The notes under the pieces were generated by a model, which made no database searches, was not told the origin of the DNA, and saw only the letters and a program-made list of their open reading frames with translations. A program made the position numbers and the translations under genes. A DNA stretch of 64,000 bases from Caecitellus pseudoparvulus (lineage: Eukaryota > Protista > Bigyra: Bicosoecida), in the NCBI GenBank assembly GCA_965644315.1, contig CBFFRQ010000062.1, positions 124,001 to 188,000 of the forward strand, in the 5' to 3' direction. The stretch's first letter is position 1; each line of letters starts with the position of its first letter. Shown piece by piece: positions 23,861 through 37,318 of the stretch.

Positions 23861-26800
23861 TCATGGGCTGGCGTGCCCCCGCTGACTTGCCCACGCAGCC
23901 TCCACCACGCCAAACACCGCAGCGGCCAGACTTGCGTCACGGGTCAGCGCCTGGCACTGCAGGGTCCAACGCATGCAGCCCAGCGCATCCAATGCTTGCC
24001 GCTGTGCGTGTACGGCGAGGAGGATGGGCGCCCCAGTGCACCCCAGGCCTGCAAACCCTGCGTGCCACTCGGCACACTCCGCCGTGTCTGGGCCGGGTTT
24101 GTGGGTGCTGTGGTTCACCGTGACACAGGCCAGCCCCGCTGGCCCGCTGTGCTCCACTCGTTCAAGCACGATCAGTGCGTGGTTGGAGAGAGAAGGGTGT
24201 GGGGAGGGGCCGCCCAGGGCAGCTGCGGCGGCCGCGCCACTCACCGCGCCCACCGTCACTGCCAGCGCGTGTGCGGCAGAGGCAGGGGGCCCCGCTCCGC
24301 TGTGGCGTGGACCCAGCACACGCCGAGTGTGGAGCTTGTTTGCAAGCGGCTTGTGCAGGGGGCCAAGCAGGGTGTTGCCGCCTGCCCAGGCGTGGGCGGG
24401 GCTGGCGGCGGAGGGGCCCCAGGTGGCACTCGAGTGCCCGTCGGGCAGCGCGGTGTTCCACGCGAGGTGGAACACTTCATGGCGTGCCAGCTGGGTGCTG
24501 ATGGTGTGCAGGGGCAGGGGCTGGATGAGCATGGCGGGCGGCAGCGGGCACAGTGGCGACTCCTGCACGACGGCATGCACCATGGGCAGAGCACCCCCCC
24601 CTTCACCCCCCTCCGACACCGACAAGCCACTGACGGAAGTGGCCAGGTCACTGCCTGCGACAGACCCAGTGCCATGGACAGAGGGGGAGGTAGGCGTGCC
24701 CCCCCGCCTGCCCACGCTGCCTGCATCGCCGCTGCGGTACATGGAGCCCCCCCCCGTGGAGTGCACGGCCACACTGAGGCGGCGCGAGGCGGTGCCGGTG
24801 CGATGCACGCTGGCGCCTGTGGCATGCACGCCCCCCATGCTGGAGGGCCTGGAGCCGGTGGAAGTCAGGCCGCGCCGGCCATGGCTGCTGGGGGCGCTGC
24901 CTGAAGAGTCGCCGGCAGATTGGGCCCGCGCACCGAAGACGACGTTGGTGGGCATGCCGCTGCTGGACAGGTAGCTGACCCACAGTGCTGGAGCAATGGG
25001 TGGGCCAGGGGCCGAGGGGGGTGGGCGGGATGTGGGGTTCACCCACATGTCAGAGGACAGCGCTGCGGCGCGGGAGATGACCCAGCCGGTGGACTCTGCA
25101 GTGGCGGAGCGGAACAACCCGCCGCGGCCCCGGGGGACGATTTGTCCGTCCAGCATGCGCCGGGCTTGCACAGGGTCCTGGATCCCAAGGCTGGACAAGA
25201 TGGCGCTCTTGCTGCGCAGGGCAGGCCCCACCCAGAACAGCCCAGTGCCGGCTGGTGGGGGCAGCGCCACGGACAGATGCGCGGTGAGGTCGGCCCACGT
25301 GCGGCCTTGGTTTGGACTGCGAGGAGGGGCAGGCGTGAGAGAACGCACAAATACCTGCTGCAGGGCATGCAGCGCAGTGCCATGCAACCCACTGAAAGCA
25401 TCTGCGAGGGATTCGGAGTCGCCCTCGCTGCTTGTTTGGGCTGACTTCGCTGGGCTGGTGGCACTGCCACCCCCGAACAGGCGGCTGATTCCCCACGACG
25501 AGGAAGCCCCAGATCCCGCCTGGGCAGCTGTCTGCTGGTCCACAGACTGCACGTGTGTGCTGTGCAGCGGCACGGCCGCGGGGTGCAGGCGTGCTGCCGC
25601 GACCTGCCATGCCAGGCACGGCTGGTCGCGCGTGAGTGCAGCCCGTGTTGCGGCGTCCACATCAGCGTATGCGAACGCGGCATGGGCAGCGAGGGCCCAC
25701 CCATCCCCATCGTTCCCTTGGGCATGCTGTGTGGACGTCAGCTCGGCAATGGTGAAAGACGAGCCGGGCTCTGCTCCTGCGTGGGCCCATGCTTGGCCGC
25801 CGGCGACCGGCACGTCCCCCATGCCCAGCACGGCCGCGACAGTTTCATGGTCTGGCGCCTCGTCAAACACGACGCTCTCGAGCCAGGACGCCCCCACGCC
25901 GTCCTGCGTCAAGTCCAGCGCACTGGCCCAGCCACCCATGCCAAACGAGCCAGAAACGTCCGGTTCCGCTGACACGGCGCTGCTGGCGTCGCCTGAGTTG
26001 TGCAGAGCGACATGGACGGGGCGCGAGTCACCCTGCACGTCCACAGCCTCCACCACCACTCGAACACGCACACTGGCTGCCGTGTAGTCCGTGACCACCA
26101 CCGGCACACGCCACTTGAGCGGGACGCCGGGCTGCAGGGGTGTCAGTAGGTCAAAGGCAGCTGCGTGGCTAGAGGCAGAGGTGGGCATGACGCCCAGCGT
26201 GGACCAGCCATACAGGTGTGCCCCCCACTCCCCTGCAGGCTCTGCCTTGGCGGCTTTGGCGGCGCCTAGGGGCAGTCGGTGATTGCCGCTTGATGTGGCG
26301 CTGCGCAGCGTGACGCCGGGTGGGCTCCACGCCAACATGCCGGCACCCTGGGCTCCACTGCCCACGGGCAGGGGGTTGCTGGGCGTGATGGAGTACAGGG
26401 CAGTGTGGGTGTCCTGTAGCGCATCTGCAGGCAGGCGCAAGCCTTGCCCCAGCACCAGCTCCACTCGCACGCCAGACACCTGCGTAGGCACGGAGCTCGT
26501 CACGCTCACCTCCACGGCACACCCGCCGTTGTCCAGGAGGGGGTCACGATGGGCCCCGACACATGCCAGGAGGAGGGAGGGCGGCGGCACGGCGCGCGGG
26601 CACAGGCGCGCTGCCAGTGCAAAAGCGTCACTGCTGCCCGACACAGGCACCCACCTCGGCGCGGCGTGGGTGACGAGCGCGTGCAGGGCGTGTGTGGCGG
26701 GGGCAGTCCCTTGGCCTCGGAACTCCACACGCTCCTCGCCAGGCGTGTCGGAGTCGGCGCCCGATGGCGTTGCTTGGTGCAGGCGAGGAAGGGCCGCCCA

Positions 26801-29800
26801 GGGGGTGTGGGCCAGAGGCGTACCGGCCACAGCTGCGGTGGCGGCGGCAGCTGCCGAGGCCCGTGCCCGCCCCCCCTCCACCTCACAGCAGGCCGCGTGC
26901 AGTTGCAGCAGGCGGTGCGTGTGCAGGCGCAGCAGTGCCTGCAGTTGAGGCAGCAGGCACTCTGGCACAGCCACGGAAGCGACGGCTTGCAGTGCCACGC
27001 GCACGGCGTCGCCCTCCCCCCTCACCGCCACGCCTGCTGCGGACACGAGAACGGCCGTAGCACACCGCAGCAAGGCCAGGGCCAGGGCGTGGTGGAAGGC
27101 GGGGGGGTCCAGGGCGGCCAGAGCAGGCACGGCGGCCGTGTTGCGACTGAGGACGAGCGCAGAAATGTGCGCCAGGCCACGCACTGCGACCGGACCGGCG
27201 CCCACTGGGTCGCACTTGACGACGTGCGTCAGCAGCGCCAGCACGCGGTGCAGGTGGGGCACACAGCGCGCCGGCAGCCCCGCCCGTTCATGGTGTGCGG
27301 AGCGCCCCTTCAAGCCGCCTCGCTGGCCAAAGGCGCCACCGTGACGCAAGCACAGGTGCTGGGGCGTGGCGGGGCTGGTTGGCCAGAGGGCCTGGGCGGA
27401 CGGTACGTGAGGCGGGACACCTGTCGGTCCGCTGGCCGCAGCCTGCGTCCCGACAGCGCCGGGTGGCGTGCGCAGGGCGGCGTGCAGGCCGCGGAGAGGG
27501 ATGTGGAAGAGGCCCGCCAGCTGCGCCAGCGCGTCCCCTGCCAAGTGAGGCCCGTGAGAGGCCTGGCTGGGCATGAGGAGGGGCACGGCAGCCACTGCGG
27601 GGGGCCCGAGCGCCACAGCGCCCAGGGCGTGGGGAGACACCTCCGGGTCTGTGAGCTTGTACGTCTGGCCAGCACTGGATGAGGGTGGTGGAGGGGGGGA
27701 CGCCACCCCCCAGTGCTGGCTCCCTCCATCTGGTGTGTTCCGTGCCAGCACCATCCGTGCCACGGCCCACGTGTCAGGCAGCACTGCCAGGCGCAGGGCT
27801 TGGGCTGCGAACGCGGAACACTCCTGCGCCACTCGCAGAACACAGTGCGTGAAGGGGCCCTGGTCCAGGCCGGCGTGCGCCAGGGCGCCTTCCAGCGCCA
27901 CGGACCGACTGCGAAACCAGGCCAGGCCTGCGGAGTTGAGGGGGGCAGCTCCGATCTCGTGCAGGGGGTGTCCAGGCGGGGGCCGCACCAGGTCCCCGGC
28001 TGAGAAGTCTGCTGCACTGCCGTCTGGCGCCAGCGTGGCCAGCGGCGCCACGGCATCTCCCGCCCAGATGCCAGTGAGCACCTCCACTGCTCCGGCTTGC
28101 GCTGGGCCCGCCACAGCCCGCGCCACGAGGGCCACCTGCCTCAGCTCCTCGATCCACCCACTGCCCCGGAGCTGGGCGCTGCCGGGCGCCATGGGCAGCA
28201 GGTGGTGCAGCTGCAGCGGTGAGGTGGCTGCGCCCAGCAGCGCCTCACAGGCTGCCGCCTCCACCAGGCGAGGGTTGCCCTCCTCATGCACTGGCTTGCA
28301 GCCGGTGAGCGCGACCAGGGCCTTGTGCATGTCCTGCGCCAAGGCTGCGTGCCAGGGGGCGAGGTGGGGGAATGCGACAGGGCGACATGTCGCCATGGCC
28401 CTGGCCAGGGCGGCGGGCACAGCGGCGGCAGGCGTGGGCCCATCCTCCCCGCTCACCCACTGCACCCACCCACGCCGCAGGGCCGCCACGGCCGCTGACC
28501 CCAGCAACCCCTCTGCCTTCAACGCACCTCGCAGCGCGACCAGGCTCTCTGCGACGCCGACCCCAGCCGACGGCATGCCAGGCCGTGGTGGGCGTGTGAA
28601 GGCGCGTGCCGCACCTGCTGCATGGTTCGCTAGATCGCCCAGGCGTCGAGCCAGCTGGGCCGCAGCCTGCAGCGTGGCAGAGCCCGCCAGCAGCGTGCAA
28701 GCCAGCGTGTCCAGGTGTCCCCCGAAGGCGGAGGAGGTGTGGGGGGCGCCCAGGGGCGGCGGCGGCCGGGACACGTCCACGACAGCACTGCTGCCGAAGA
28801 GCGAGCTGCGACGGCCAGCGGAGCCCCCCCTGCTGCCGGGCCGGCCACTGCCCCGCCGCCCTGCTGCTCCGCCACCTGCGCCGGCGCGAGAGGGGGAGGC
28901 CGGGTCCACCTCGCCGTCCAGGGAGGTGGCATCCAGCAGCCCTGGTGCCCGGGGAGAAGCCAGGAGCCGGGTGAGGATGCCGCCCAGAGCGCCGCCCCCT
29001 GCCTTGGCATGGGTGGCGTCCTCACCCGGCTTGGCCGAGCCCGCGGCCAGAATGGCCTTGCAGAGGGACACAGACCACCACGTCCCCGTCACGAGACCTC
29101 CCAGCTCCACGGCCCACGCCAGAGCAGGGGGCATGAGGCAGGGTGGCACCGCACTCCGCCCCAGCTTCGGCGGTGAGCCTGCCTGTGGCAGGTACCACTC
29201 CACCCACGGCTGGGGCTGGGGCTGTGGGCCAGGAGGCAGCTGTTGTGGCACCGGTCCCGAGGAATGGGGCGGCGAGGGTGCTGGTGCGGGAGCAAACGGG
29301 TCGTCGTCAAAGGTGGAGGGGGCAGGTGGTGGCGAGGCGGCCAGGGAGTGCAGGCCGAAGACGTCATCCAGGCCTGCCTGCTGGGTGGGGACAGGGGCGG
29401 CCCCCCTGTCTGCTGTCGGGGATGCGTCGTCTGTGTCGGGGCCCGGGTCCAGGATGGCGGGGGCGGGGTCCACCCCTGCCGCCTGGGCCGCCGCCGCCGC
29501 CTCACCGGTGGTGAGCGGCACTCCCGGGGGAGGCGGCGGCGGTGCCAGACACTCCAGGGCGTGGATGCCAGCGACGGAGATCTCTGCCATGTACCGGCGG
29601 CTGAGCAGGGGGGCGCTCTTGAGGTGACCGCCGTCTCCCCGGCGGGCAGCGGTGATGAAGTGGCTCAGACGGGCGGCAGGGGGTGTGGCCTGCACGCCGC
29701 TCACCAGGGGCACCAGGCGAGTCAGTGCCGCCATGGCCGCCTCCTGCTGTGTCGCCTGCAGCTCCCCTGATGCCAGGGCAGCCAGGTCGGGCTGGGCGGC

Positions 29801-31560
29801 CAGCAGCGCCTCCAGTCCCCCCGAGCACAGCAACCCGGCCCGGTCAGAGGGCTGACCGGCCGGCAAGGCCACGAGCCGACGCTCCCACACCAGGACATGC
29901 ACGGCCAAGAGCATGGCGCGGGAGACGAGGGCGGAGCGCTGGGCAACAGGCACGTGAGCGAGGGCGCGCAGGTGGCGGGGCAGGTGTGCCAGCACCTCCT
30001 CTGCACTGCACCAGGCCAGGCAGACCGAGCTGAGCTGCAGCCGCTGCAGCAACTCCCCTGCCTCCAGGCGGCCAGGGTCGGGGCTGTGCAGGTGCAGGAC
30101 ATCCAGCAGTGTCCCACCTATGCTGCTCCGTCGGCGCTCCAGGGTGGGCAGGGTGGTGAAGGGGGGGTCGGCCGCACTGCACCCCAAGTGCGTGGCAGCC
30201 TGGGCAGTGGCCGCGCCGTCCACGCCGCCCAGCAGAGCATCCTGCACGGCAGGGGGCAGGTCTGTGCCGCCCATGCTGCAGATGGGCAGGGGCCCCTCCT
30301 GCGCAGCCTGCACTGCTGTCTGCCGCACACTGGTGCCGCCGTGAGCCAGCAGGGCGCGACACACACTTCGCACGGCAGACAGGACCACTGCTGAGTGCAG
30401 GGCAGGGGTGCAGGCCCTGCGCAGGCAGTGCTGCACCCAGTCGTGCACGACGCGCTCAGCGGGCACATCCCCAATGACCCCGCTCTCCAGGCGCAGGGTG
30501 GGCAGGGGCACCCCGCTCCCTGGTCCGCTGCGCAGGATGAAGTGCCACATGCGGCCCAGCAGCTGCTGCAGCGTGGCGGCGTGGCAGGGCGGCACGAACA
30601 TGGCCCTGCGCTGGATGGCACGGGACCGCGGCACCAGGCGTTTGCACAGCTCTCGGCAGAGGCGCACAGCAGCGGCGGAGGGGGGGGTGCCACTGCTTGC
30701 GCCCCCCCCCTCGCAGGCGGCGGCGACAGTGGGCAGGGCAGGGAAGGCGGGGAGGAGGCCCTGAGCTGCGGCCCCAGGCAGAGCCTCCACTTCTGCCTCC
30801 AGCAACGTCGTGCTGCGTTTCAGCCAGTCCAGCGCGCCATCGCTGAGCAGCTGGCTCATGCGTTGCGCGGCAGGGAGGCCCCCCGGCACGCTGTGCAGGG
30901 CCAGGACGCGGGCTGGCGCGAGGTTCTTGTCCCCCACCTCCCGCCACACGGACATGGCCATGTGAGAGAAAGCCGTGACTGCCGCCGCCGCCACTGCCGC
31001 AGTGCGCGCATCCTGCACGACGGTGGCCATGGTGCGGGCCACATCAGGGCCAGCGGCCAGCCAGAGGTCCAGGATATCACGGCCATCCATGCCGTATGCG
31101 ATGTGCTCGTACACGAACAGGGACGTCGCGTCAGCATCTGGGCTGAAGGCCTTGGACGCGGCGAGGCCAGTCAGCCAGCGGCGCACGACTGGGTGCCCCT
31201 CCTGCAGCGCCCGGCACACTTCCAGCGCGAGTTGCTGGACACCCAACTCGTACGCATCACCTTTTGCGATCTGTAGTGTGTAGGAAGCAAGTGCGGTGCG
31301 AGTCCCGGAGCGTTATGCGGCTGGGCTGCGTGCCTTGCAGCCCCTGCGGAAATAGGCCCAGACCACGCCATGTGTACACTCACCGCGAGCACTCGTTCCA
31401 GCACCGCCCCCGGAACGACACCGTGCATGATGACATGCTGGAGAACACCGCTCAAGGCTTCAGCTTGTTCAGCAGGGGTGGAGCTGCCAAGGCCCTTGGT
31501 CCAGGCAGCCACTTGGGTCGGCCTGCCGCCTGGAGCCGAATGTGCTGGTGGCTCCACCAT
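23861..31560 (-). CDS. Large vesicle-coat adaptor subunit, TPLATE/beta-COP-like (~2500 aa)
   Basis: First exon 31560-31384, intron 31383-31271, then the 2461-aa ORF. Helical-solenoid-like N-half; appendage-like motifs VSGSSDAFALAA, VSGVRVELVLG, LQPGVPLKWRVPVVVTDYTAASVRVRV, LPPAMLIQP...EVFHLAW. Confidence 0.55.
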
Positions 31561-31793
31561 GATGCAGCGCACCCGAAAGCTGGGCTGCCACACACACGGT
31601 GAAGTGGTCGGTGGGCAATGCACACACTCTGTAGGTCGGGCTGGTGCATTGGTTTGGCGCGTGGGCGGCTCTGCGTGCTGCCGCGATTGGCCGTTGGGCA
31701 GCCACTGGATCGGGAGGCAGGTCGCAGTGCCTACCAGCTGGCCGAGCTCAGCGCGAAATGGCCCAACATGACAGCACTGACGACGCACTGCTC

Positions 31794-33120
31794 TCAGGCT
31801 ACGGCTGTGCTCGAGCTGCGGCGCAGCGCGGGCAGGACGTGGTCCTGCACGACCATCTCCGCAAAGGGCTGCGAACACGTCCATCCAGGTGACACAGCAT
31901 TTAGGATGTGGGTGCTGGATGTGCCCCCTTCCACAATGAAATCCATCTCTAGACTGCCCCGTTCTGTGTCCACGAGCTGAGCGCGGATGCCAGCTCGACT
32001 GAACGCGCCAAAATGTTGGGGGTCAGCGCTGGGCACCAGGTCCCGTGCGCCCGCTTGCATGACGGAGGGAATGTACTTCATCACTTCTTGCGCTGCCAGG
32101 CGCCGGAAGTTGAAGTCTGATCCCAGCGCCAGTCGCAGCTGTGTGGCGAGGACCCCCAGCATTTCTTGCAGGTTGAAGCCCTGCAAGCCGGCGTACTGCT
32201 CCCGCCACAAGGCTGGAATGGCAGTGGGGCCGATCTTTACCCCTCCAGCTGCGGTGACCGTAAAGTGCACCCCGAGGAACGGCGCATGCCCACCGTCACC
32301 CCGCAGCTGTGGGACGGGGTACACGAGTCGGCGGAGTGGGAGGCCGACGCACTGCATGTACAAGCCCTTGAAGGGGAGGATGCTGTACCTTCTACCAAAG
32401 CCCAGCTGGTGTGCGAAGGTGTCAGCGTGTAGCCCAGCACAGTTCACGACGTGAGCAGCAGCGGTGGACTCGCCCGAGTGCAGGCAAACTCGCACGCCGT
32501 CCCCGTCTGGCACCAGCCGCTGCACGTGCGAGTCAGGGCGCAGGATGACACCCTCCCGCACTGCATCTTGCAACAGACTGCGAGTCACCTGTACTGGATC
32601 GGCCGTCGCAGTGGAGGGGCTCCACAGGCCGCCAAACTCGCTGCGGGCCAGGGGCTCCAGCTCCAGCACTTCTTTGGGGGACACCCGTTCCAGTGGAGCG
32701 CCATTTGCAGCAGCCCTTGCGAGGAGCACATCGTACTGGGTCATTTCAGCTTCGCTGCGGGCGAGGACTAACTTGCCGCACCTGGGCACGCAGGGCAGGG
32801 CATGAGGTGTCAAGGTTTGAGTGCGGAAATCAGTTGCCCGCGACGACTCACTCGTTCACTGGAATGCCCCGCTCCTGGCAATACTGGTGCAGGAAGACGT
32901 TCCCCTTACGAGTCAGCTTCGCCTTGAGAGAGTCCCCCGTATAGTAGAACCCCGCATGCATCACGCCGCTGTTCCGGGCGCTGCCGTGCTCTGGCAAGCA
33001 AGAGCTGCTGGACTTGTCCAGCAGCAGCACGCTGGCCCCGGTGCGTGCCCGTGCGGTGCGGGCGATGCAGGCGCCGACGATGCCCCCTCCCACAACGATG
33101 ATGTCATGCACTCTCTTCAT
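31794..33120 (-). CDS. lhgO: L-2-hydroxyglutarate oxidase/dehydrogenase (FAD-dependent, LhgO-like)
   Basis: DIIVVGGGIVG, HGSARNSGVMHAGFYY...SLKAKL, CGKLVLA, VYPVP...PFLGVHFT, AGIRAQL, HILNAVSPG; one intron at about 32783-32852. Confidence 0.88.
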
Positions 33121-33191
33121 GCTCGGCGCAGTCTCATGCCTGCCCTGCCCGAGTCCCCTGGGCCGCCTGCTCCAGAATTGGCTGCAGCACT

Positions 33192-35395
33192 TCAAACAGC
33201 GCCTGGTGCTCGTGCGTTGCAAAGGCCGACAGCAGGCTCTTCACACGTGCCAGCAGTCGAGGTCGAAGAAAGTGGCCTTCTCCAGGCAGCTGACAAGTCA
33301 AGTATGCGAGTACTGCGCAAGGGGGGGGGGGGGGGGGCGCTAGGGTTTAGAGCTCCGCAGCAGCTTTTTGGCCGCGCGATGCGACAGCGCCACTTGCCTG
33401 CGTCAGCTGCTTTCTGCCGCATGCCCGCTTGCAGTTTTGAAGCCGGCTCGGTTGGTGAAATGGCAAAGCGGATGAGGCCAACGATGATGCTTGTCAGCCG
33501 GGCAGTAGACCCTCCAAGTGCAGTGTGCAGCTCGAGCATGCCGAAGTCGGACACCGCTGCTGTCGCAACCTCTCGGACGGGTGGGTGCGGGTCGGCAACC
33601 TTGGCATGCAAGGCAAGGATGCGTTGCTTGAGAGGAACAGCATGCCACTTTGCCAAGAGCATGGTTGCCTGCAGGCGGACCTTCTTCACGGGGTCTCGCA
33701 TGCACGCAGTGGACAGCAGTGCGGCAGCACTGTCGCAGCAGGCTTGCTCCTGTCCCGCCACTGCCCGCTCCTGCACCGCCTTCAGCAGCCGAACACGGTT
33801 GGCACTATCACTTTCGCCTGGGTACAGAGCCCTTGCTGTCACCGTGATGGCATGCCGGGGTGGCAGGGTCGCGACCGCGATGTTCATGGCGTCCATGCGT
33901 AGGGTCCTGTGCTCAAAAAGCGGCAGGTCCAGTGTCAGGTCTGCGATCGGGAACAGGCAGGGGTCGGTGAAGCACAGTGTGAGCACGTGACCCACTCCGA
34001 GATATGAGAGCCCGCCATCGCACCTGTGACGCACTGCACGAGGCCGCGGCGATGGGCTCGAGCGACTTCGTCGAGGCACAATGCCTGCAGAGCCTGGCGA
34101 GCGCGTTGCAGGCCTTGCTTGAGGACAGCGTCTTCCACTTGCGGGCACTCCGCGCAGGCGGCTTGCAGCCACCGCAGCATGGTTCGCCTGGCGGCGGGGG
34201 GTGGGGGTTCCGTGGGCTCTGCAGGCGTCGGTTCAGGGCAGCACAGCGCAGCCACCATGAGGCGCAGGGTGCGCAGGGATCCGTCAGGGTGCCACTTGCC
34301 CGCCAACAGGACAAGAAGGGGCAGGCGCTTCCATGGAATGGCTGCATCTACTGCAAACAAAGTGCTTGCGAAGCTCAAAGCCGCAGCGAGGAGGTCGACC
34401 GTCACTTTCTCAGTGAGGGGTCCAGTGAGGGAGGTCGTGACGCCACCCAAACCGACAGCTGCCTGCCCGACCAGCGCAGCTTCGGCCACCTCCATTGAGC
34501 TGCGGAAGACTCGCTTGGAGATGACAGGCTTCTTCAACGGTGCGCCCCGCGTTCGTGGCTTTGGTTTAGGGCTGACCGTGGCGTGTGGCGTGGCCTCCAG
34601 CCAGTCCAACTGCACGATGAAGAGGGCACTGTCCAGCAGGTGCTCCCCGACCCTGTGGGCACCACCACCCTGCGTTACGTGCCCATCCTCCTCTTCAACG
34701 GCCTGCAAGAGGGCCAAGCCTGTCACACCGGCGCGCACGGCTGGCAGGCTGTCGCTGCCCAGCACGAGCAGCGTGAACAGCTGCACGGCCGGGCGAAGGG
34801 CGTCCTCCGCCACCAAGTCGAACAGCATGTGCCGGGTCATGGAGTGCTCGTTGAGGATGGGGACGAGACAGCTGCCTACGAGTGCACTGCAGCGCTCGAG
34901 TCGCGTGCTCAGCTGCTGGGCATCCTTGGCTGTGGAGAGGAGCTGGAGGAATGGCGCCAGCACGCGTGCGGCAACGACGGAGGGCGTTCCAAGGGCTGCC
35001 GCGTCTAATGCCTGCCTCAACGCCGCCAGAAGAGAAGTCTGGGTGGAAACAATACTTCCCACTTTTTCAGTAACCTCATCTGTGCTGGTGCAGTGCTGCA
35101 GCAGCCATGCGTTCGCAAGGCCCGCACACGCCGCTCCTGCAAATGCGGCACCCATCGCAGCCTCATGCCCGCCAGGTTCCCGGCAAGCACCAGCCATGGA
35201 TCCAGCGGCGGCTTGAAGCGCCTCTTCTGCTTTCTGAAGCGCCGCTTGTAGAGCATCAGGAGCCAAAGTGCTCGCCTCTGCGCTGCCGCTGCCCTGCGTT
35301 TCGCTCAGCTTCGCAACGCAACTCTCCAGCGCTCCAAAAGAGGCCTGCACGCGTGCTACAGCGGCGCTTGGCTCGGAAAGGGAAGCCTTTTCCAT
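33192..35395 (-). CDS. HEAT/ARM-repeat protein of unknown function
   Basis: Two long ORFs joined by a GTGCGA...TCGCAG intron (about 34023-33941); HEAT-like motifs MRDPVKKVRLQA and VADPHPPVREVA. Confidence 0.6.
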
Positions 35396-35713
35396 GATGC
35401 AATGCAGACAGCCTTGTGTTTCCACAGGCTTTGAGTTGGGGACTGCGTTTGGCAGCGAGGCTGTGACTCGTCGTCGTGCGCAGGGTTTCTGCTCGCGGGG
35501 CGATGCCGGCAGCTTCACGGAAGCACGCACAAGGCAGTGAGTGCGCGACGGGATGCTTCTGTCACATTCCACACACCGTTTCTGACTCACTAGCCCAACC
35601 CACCTTGTGTTTTGCTGAACTGCAACTGTGTCAGTTCCAGCCCCGCCCAATTTCCGCGCCAGGCCTGCCTGAGTGCGCGCAGAAGTTGCTCCAGCTCAAG
35701 GCCCACACGCAGC

Positions 35714-37122
35714 ATGCCTCGCGTCGAGTGGGAGGTGAAGCTCGGCTTCAAGGATGTCCTCATCCGCCCCAAGCGGTCCACGCTCAAGTCCCGCAAGTGC
35801 GTCCAGGGCGCCTGCTTGGCGTGGTGGTGCCCAGCAGCCACACACCCGCACTCGCCTCTGCTCGCCACAGGGAGGTGCAGCTGCAGCGCACCTTCAAGAT
35901 GGTGAACTCTGGCCGTGAGTGCCAGCTTCTTCGTTTCATGCCGCTGCGTGGGTGTGCGCGGGTCTCTTCCACGCTGCATCCTGGTGCGCTTGTCGTGCAG
36001 GCACGTGGACTGGCGTGCCAGTCATTGCCAGCAACATGGACTCCACGGGCACCTTTGAGATGGCGCTGGAGCTCAGCAAGCACGAGGTATTCACGACTCT
36101 GCACAAGCACTACACAGTCGAGGATGTGCGTGGCCGCCCTGCGCAGCGTCTGCACCAGGCCACTGCCTCGCGGGTGCATTGGCCCAGCAACCCTCCACCG
36201 CCGCATGCCCCCCCCCCCGTCCTTTCGCCAGGTCATCGCATTCGCCGAGGCACACCCCGAGGCGCTGAACTTTGTGGCTGTGTCAGCTGGCACGAGCGAC
36301 GCGGATTTCGAGAAGGTGAAGGGCGTGTTGGAGGCCGTGGATGGGATTGCAACCGTGTGCCTGGACGTGGCGAACGGCTACTCAGAGCACTTCGTGACGG
36401 CGGTGAAGAAGTACCGTGCGGCGTTCCCCACCCACACCATCATCGCCGGCAACGTCGTCACAGGTGAGATGGTGGAAGAGCTGATTCTGTCCGGTGCCGA
36501 CATCGTCAAGGTGGGCATTGGCCCCGGCAGCGTCTGCACCACCCGCAAGCAGACTGGCGTGGGGTACCCCCAGTTGTCGGCAGTGCTGGAGTGCGCCGAT
36601 GCCGCGCACGGCCTGGGCGGCCTCATCATCTCCGACGGCGGCTGCGCTGTGCCAGGGGACGTGGCCAAGGCGTTCGGGGCGGGTGCGGACTTTGTCATGC
36701 TGGGCGGCATGTTCTCGGGGCACGACGAGAGCGGCGGGGAGACCATCACCACCGAATCAGGGCAGAAGTTCAAGCTGTTCTACGGCATGTCGTCCTCCAC
36801 CGCCATGAAGAAGTACGCGGGCAAGGTGGCGGGGTACCGCTCCTCGGAGGGCAAGACGGTGCAGGTGCCGTACCGGGGCCCCGTCGCAGGCACCATCCTG
36901 AACATCCTGGGCGGCGTGCGCTCCACGTGCACGTACGTGGGCGCGGCGCGCCTCAAGGAGCTGTCCAAGCGCACCACCTTCTGCCGCGTGCAGGAGCAGT
37001 TGAACCCCGTCTTCAACCAGCTCAAGCAGTCGGATGGGCATGGCTACTCCGGCGCCCAGATGGCAGCCGCCGCTGCCGTGACTGCCGCTGCAGGCGCGGC
37101 AGGGGGTGCTGACGGCAAGTGA
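35714..37122 (+). CDS. guaC: GMP reductase
   Basis: [60 protein letters not shown]; three 5' introns. Confidence 0.96.
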
Positions 37123-37318
37123 TGTGTGCAGGGCAGGGGCGTGAATGCATTTCCACGGCAAGGACGCGGCAGGGGGTGCTGACAGCAAGTGATGTGTGCA
37201 GGGCAGGGGCGTGAATGCATTTCCACGGCAAGGACACGGCAGGGGGTGCTGACAGCAAGTGGTGTGTGCAGGGCAGGGGCGTGAATGCATTTCCACGGCA
37301 AGGACACGGCAGGGGGTG
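37095..37318. repeat. 70-bp tandem repeat, ~3.2 copies, filling the GMPR/YbaK convergent intergenic space
   Basis: AGGGGGTG recurs at 37101, 37171, 37241 and 37311; the units are near-identical. Confidence 0.95.

Noticed and set aside
27573-29627. Long antisense ORFs (e.g. 684 aa here, 584 aa at 51808-53562, 551 aa at 40179-41834, 414 aa at 12919-14163)
   Set aside because: These are shadow frames of real genes in high-GC DNA, where stops are scarce; they have no recognisable motifs.
33321-33337. Long G homopolymer and other G/C runs as regulatory G-quadruplexes
   Set aside because: They lie in coding regions encoding poly-Pro/Gly and are expected at this GC content; they are also prone to sequencing error.
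33192-35395. Specific call as condensin CAP-G or MMS19
   Set aside because: Only generic HEAT motifs are visible, which is insufficient without a profile search.
37095-37318. Possible CRISPR array
   Set aside because: The units are contiguous 70-bp tandem copies without unique spacers, there are no cas genes, and the context is eukaryotic.
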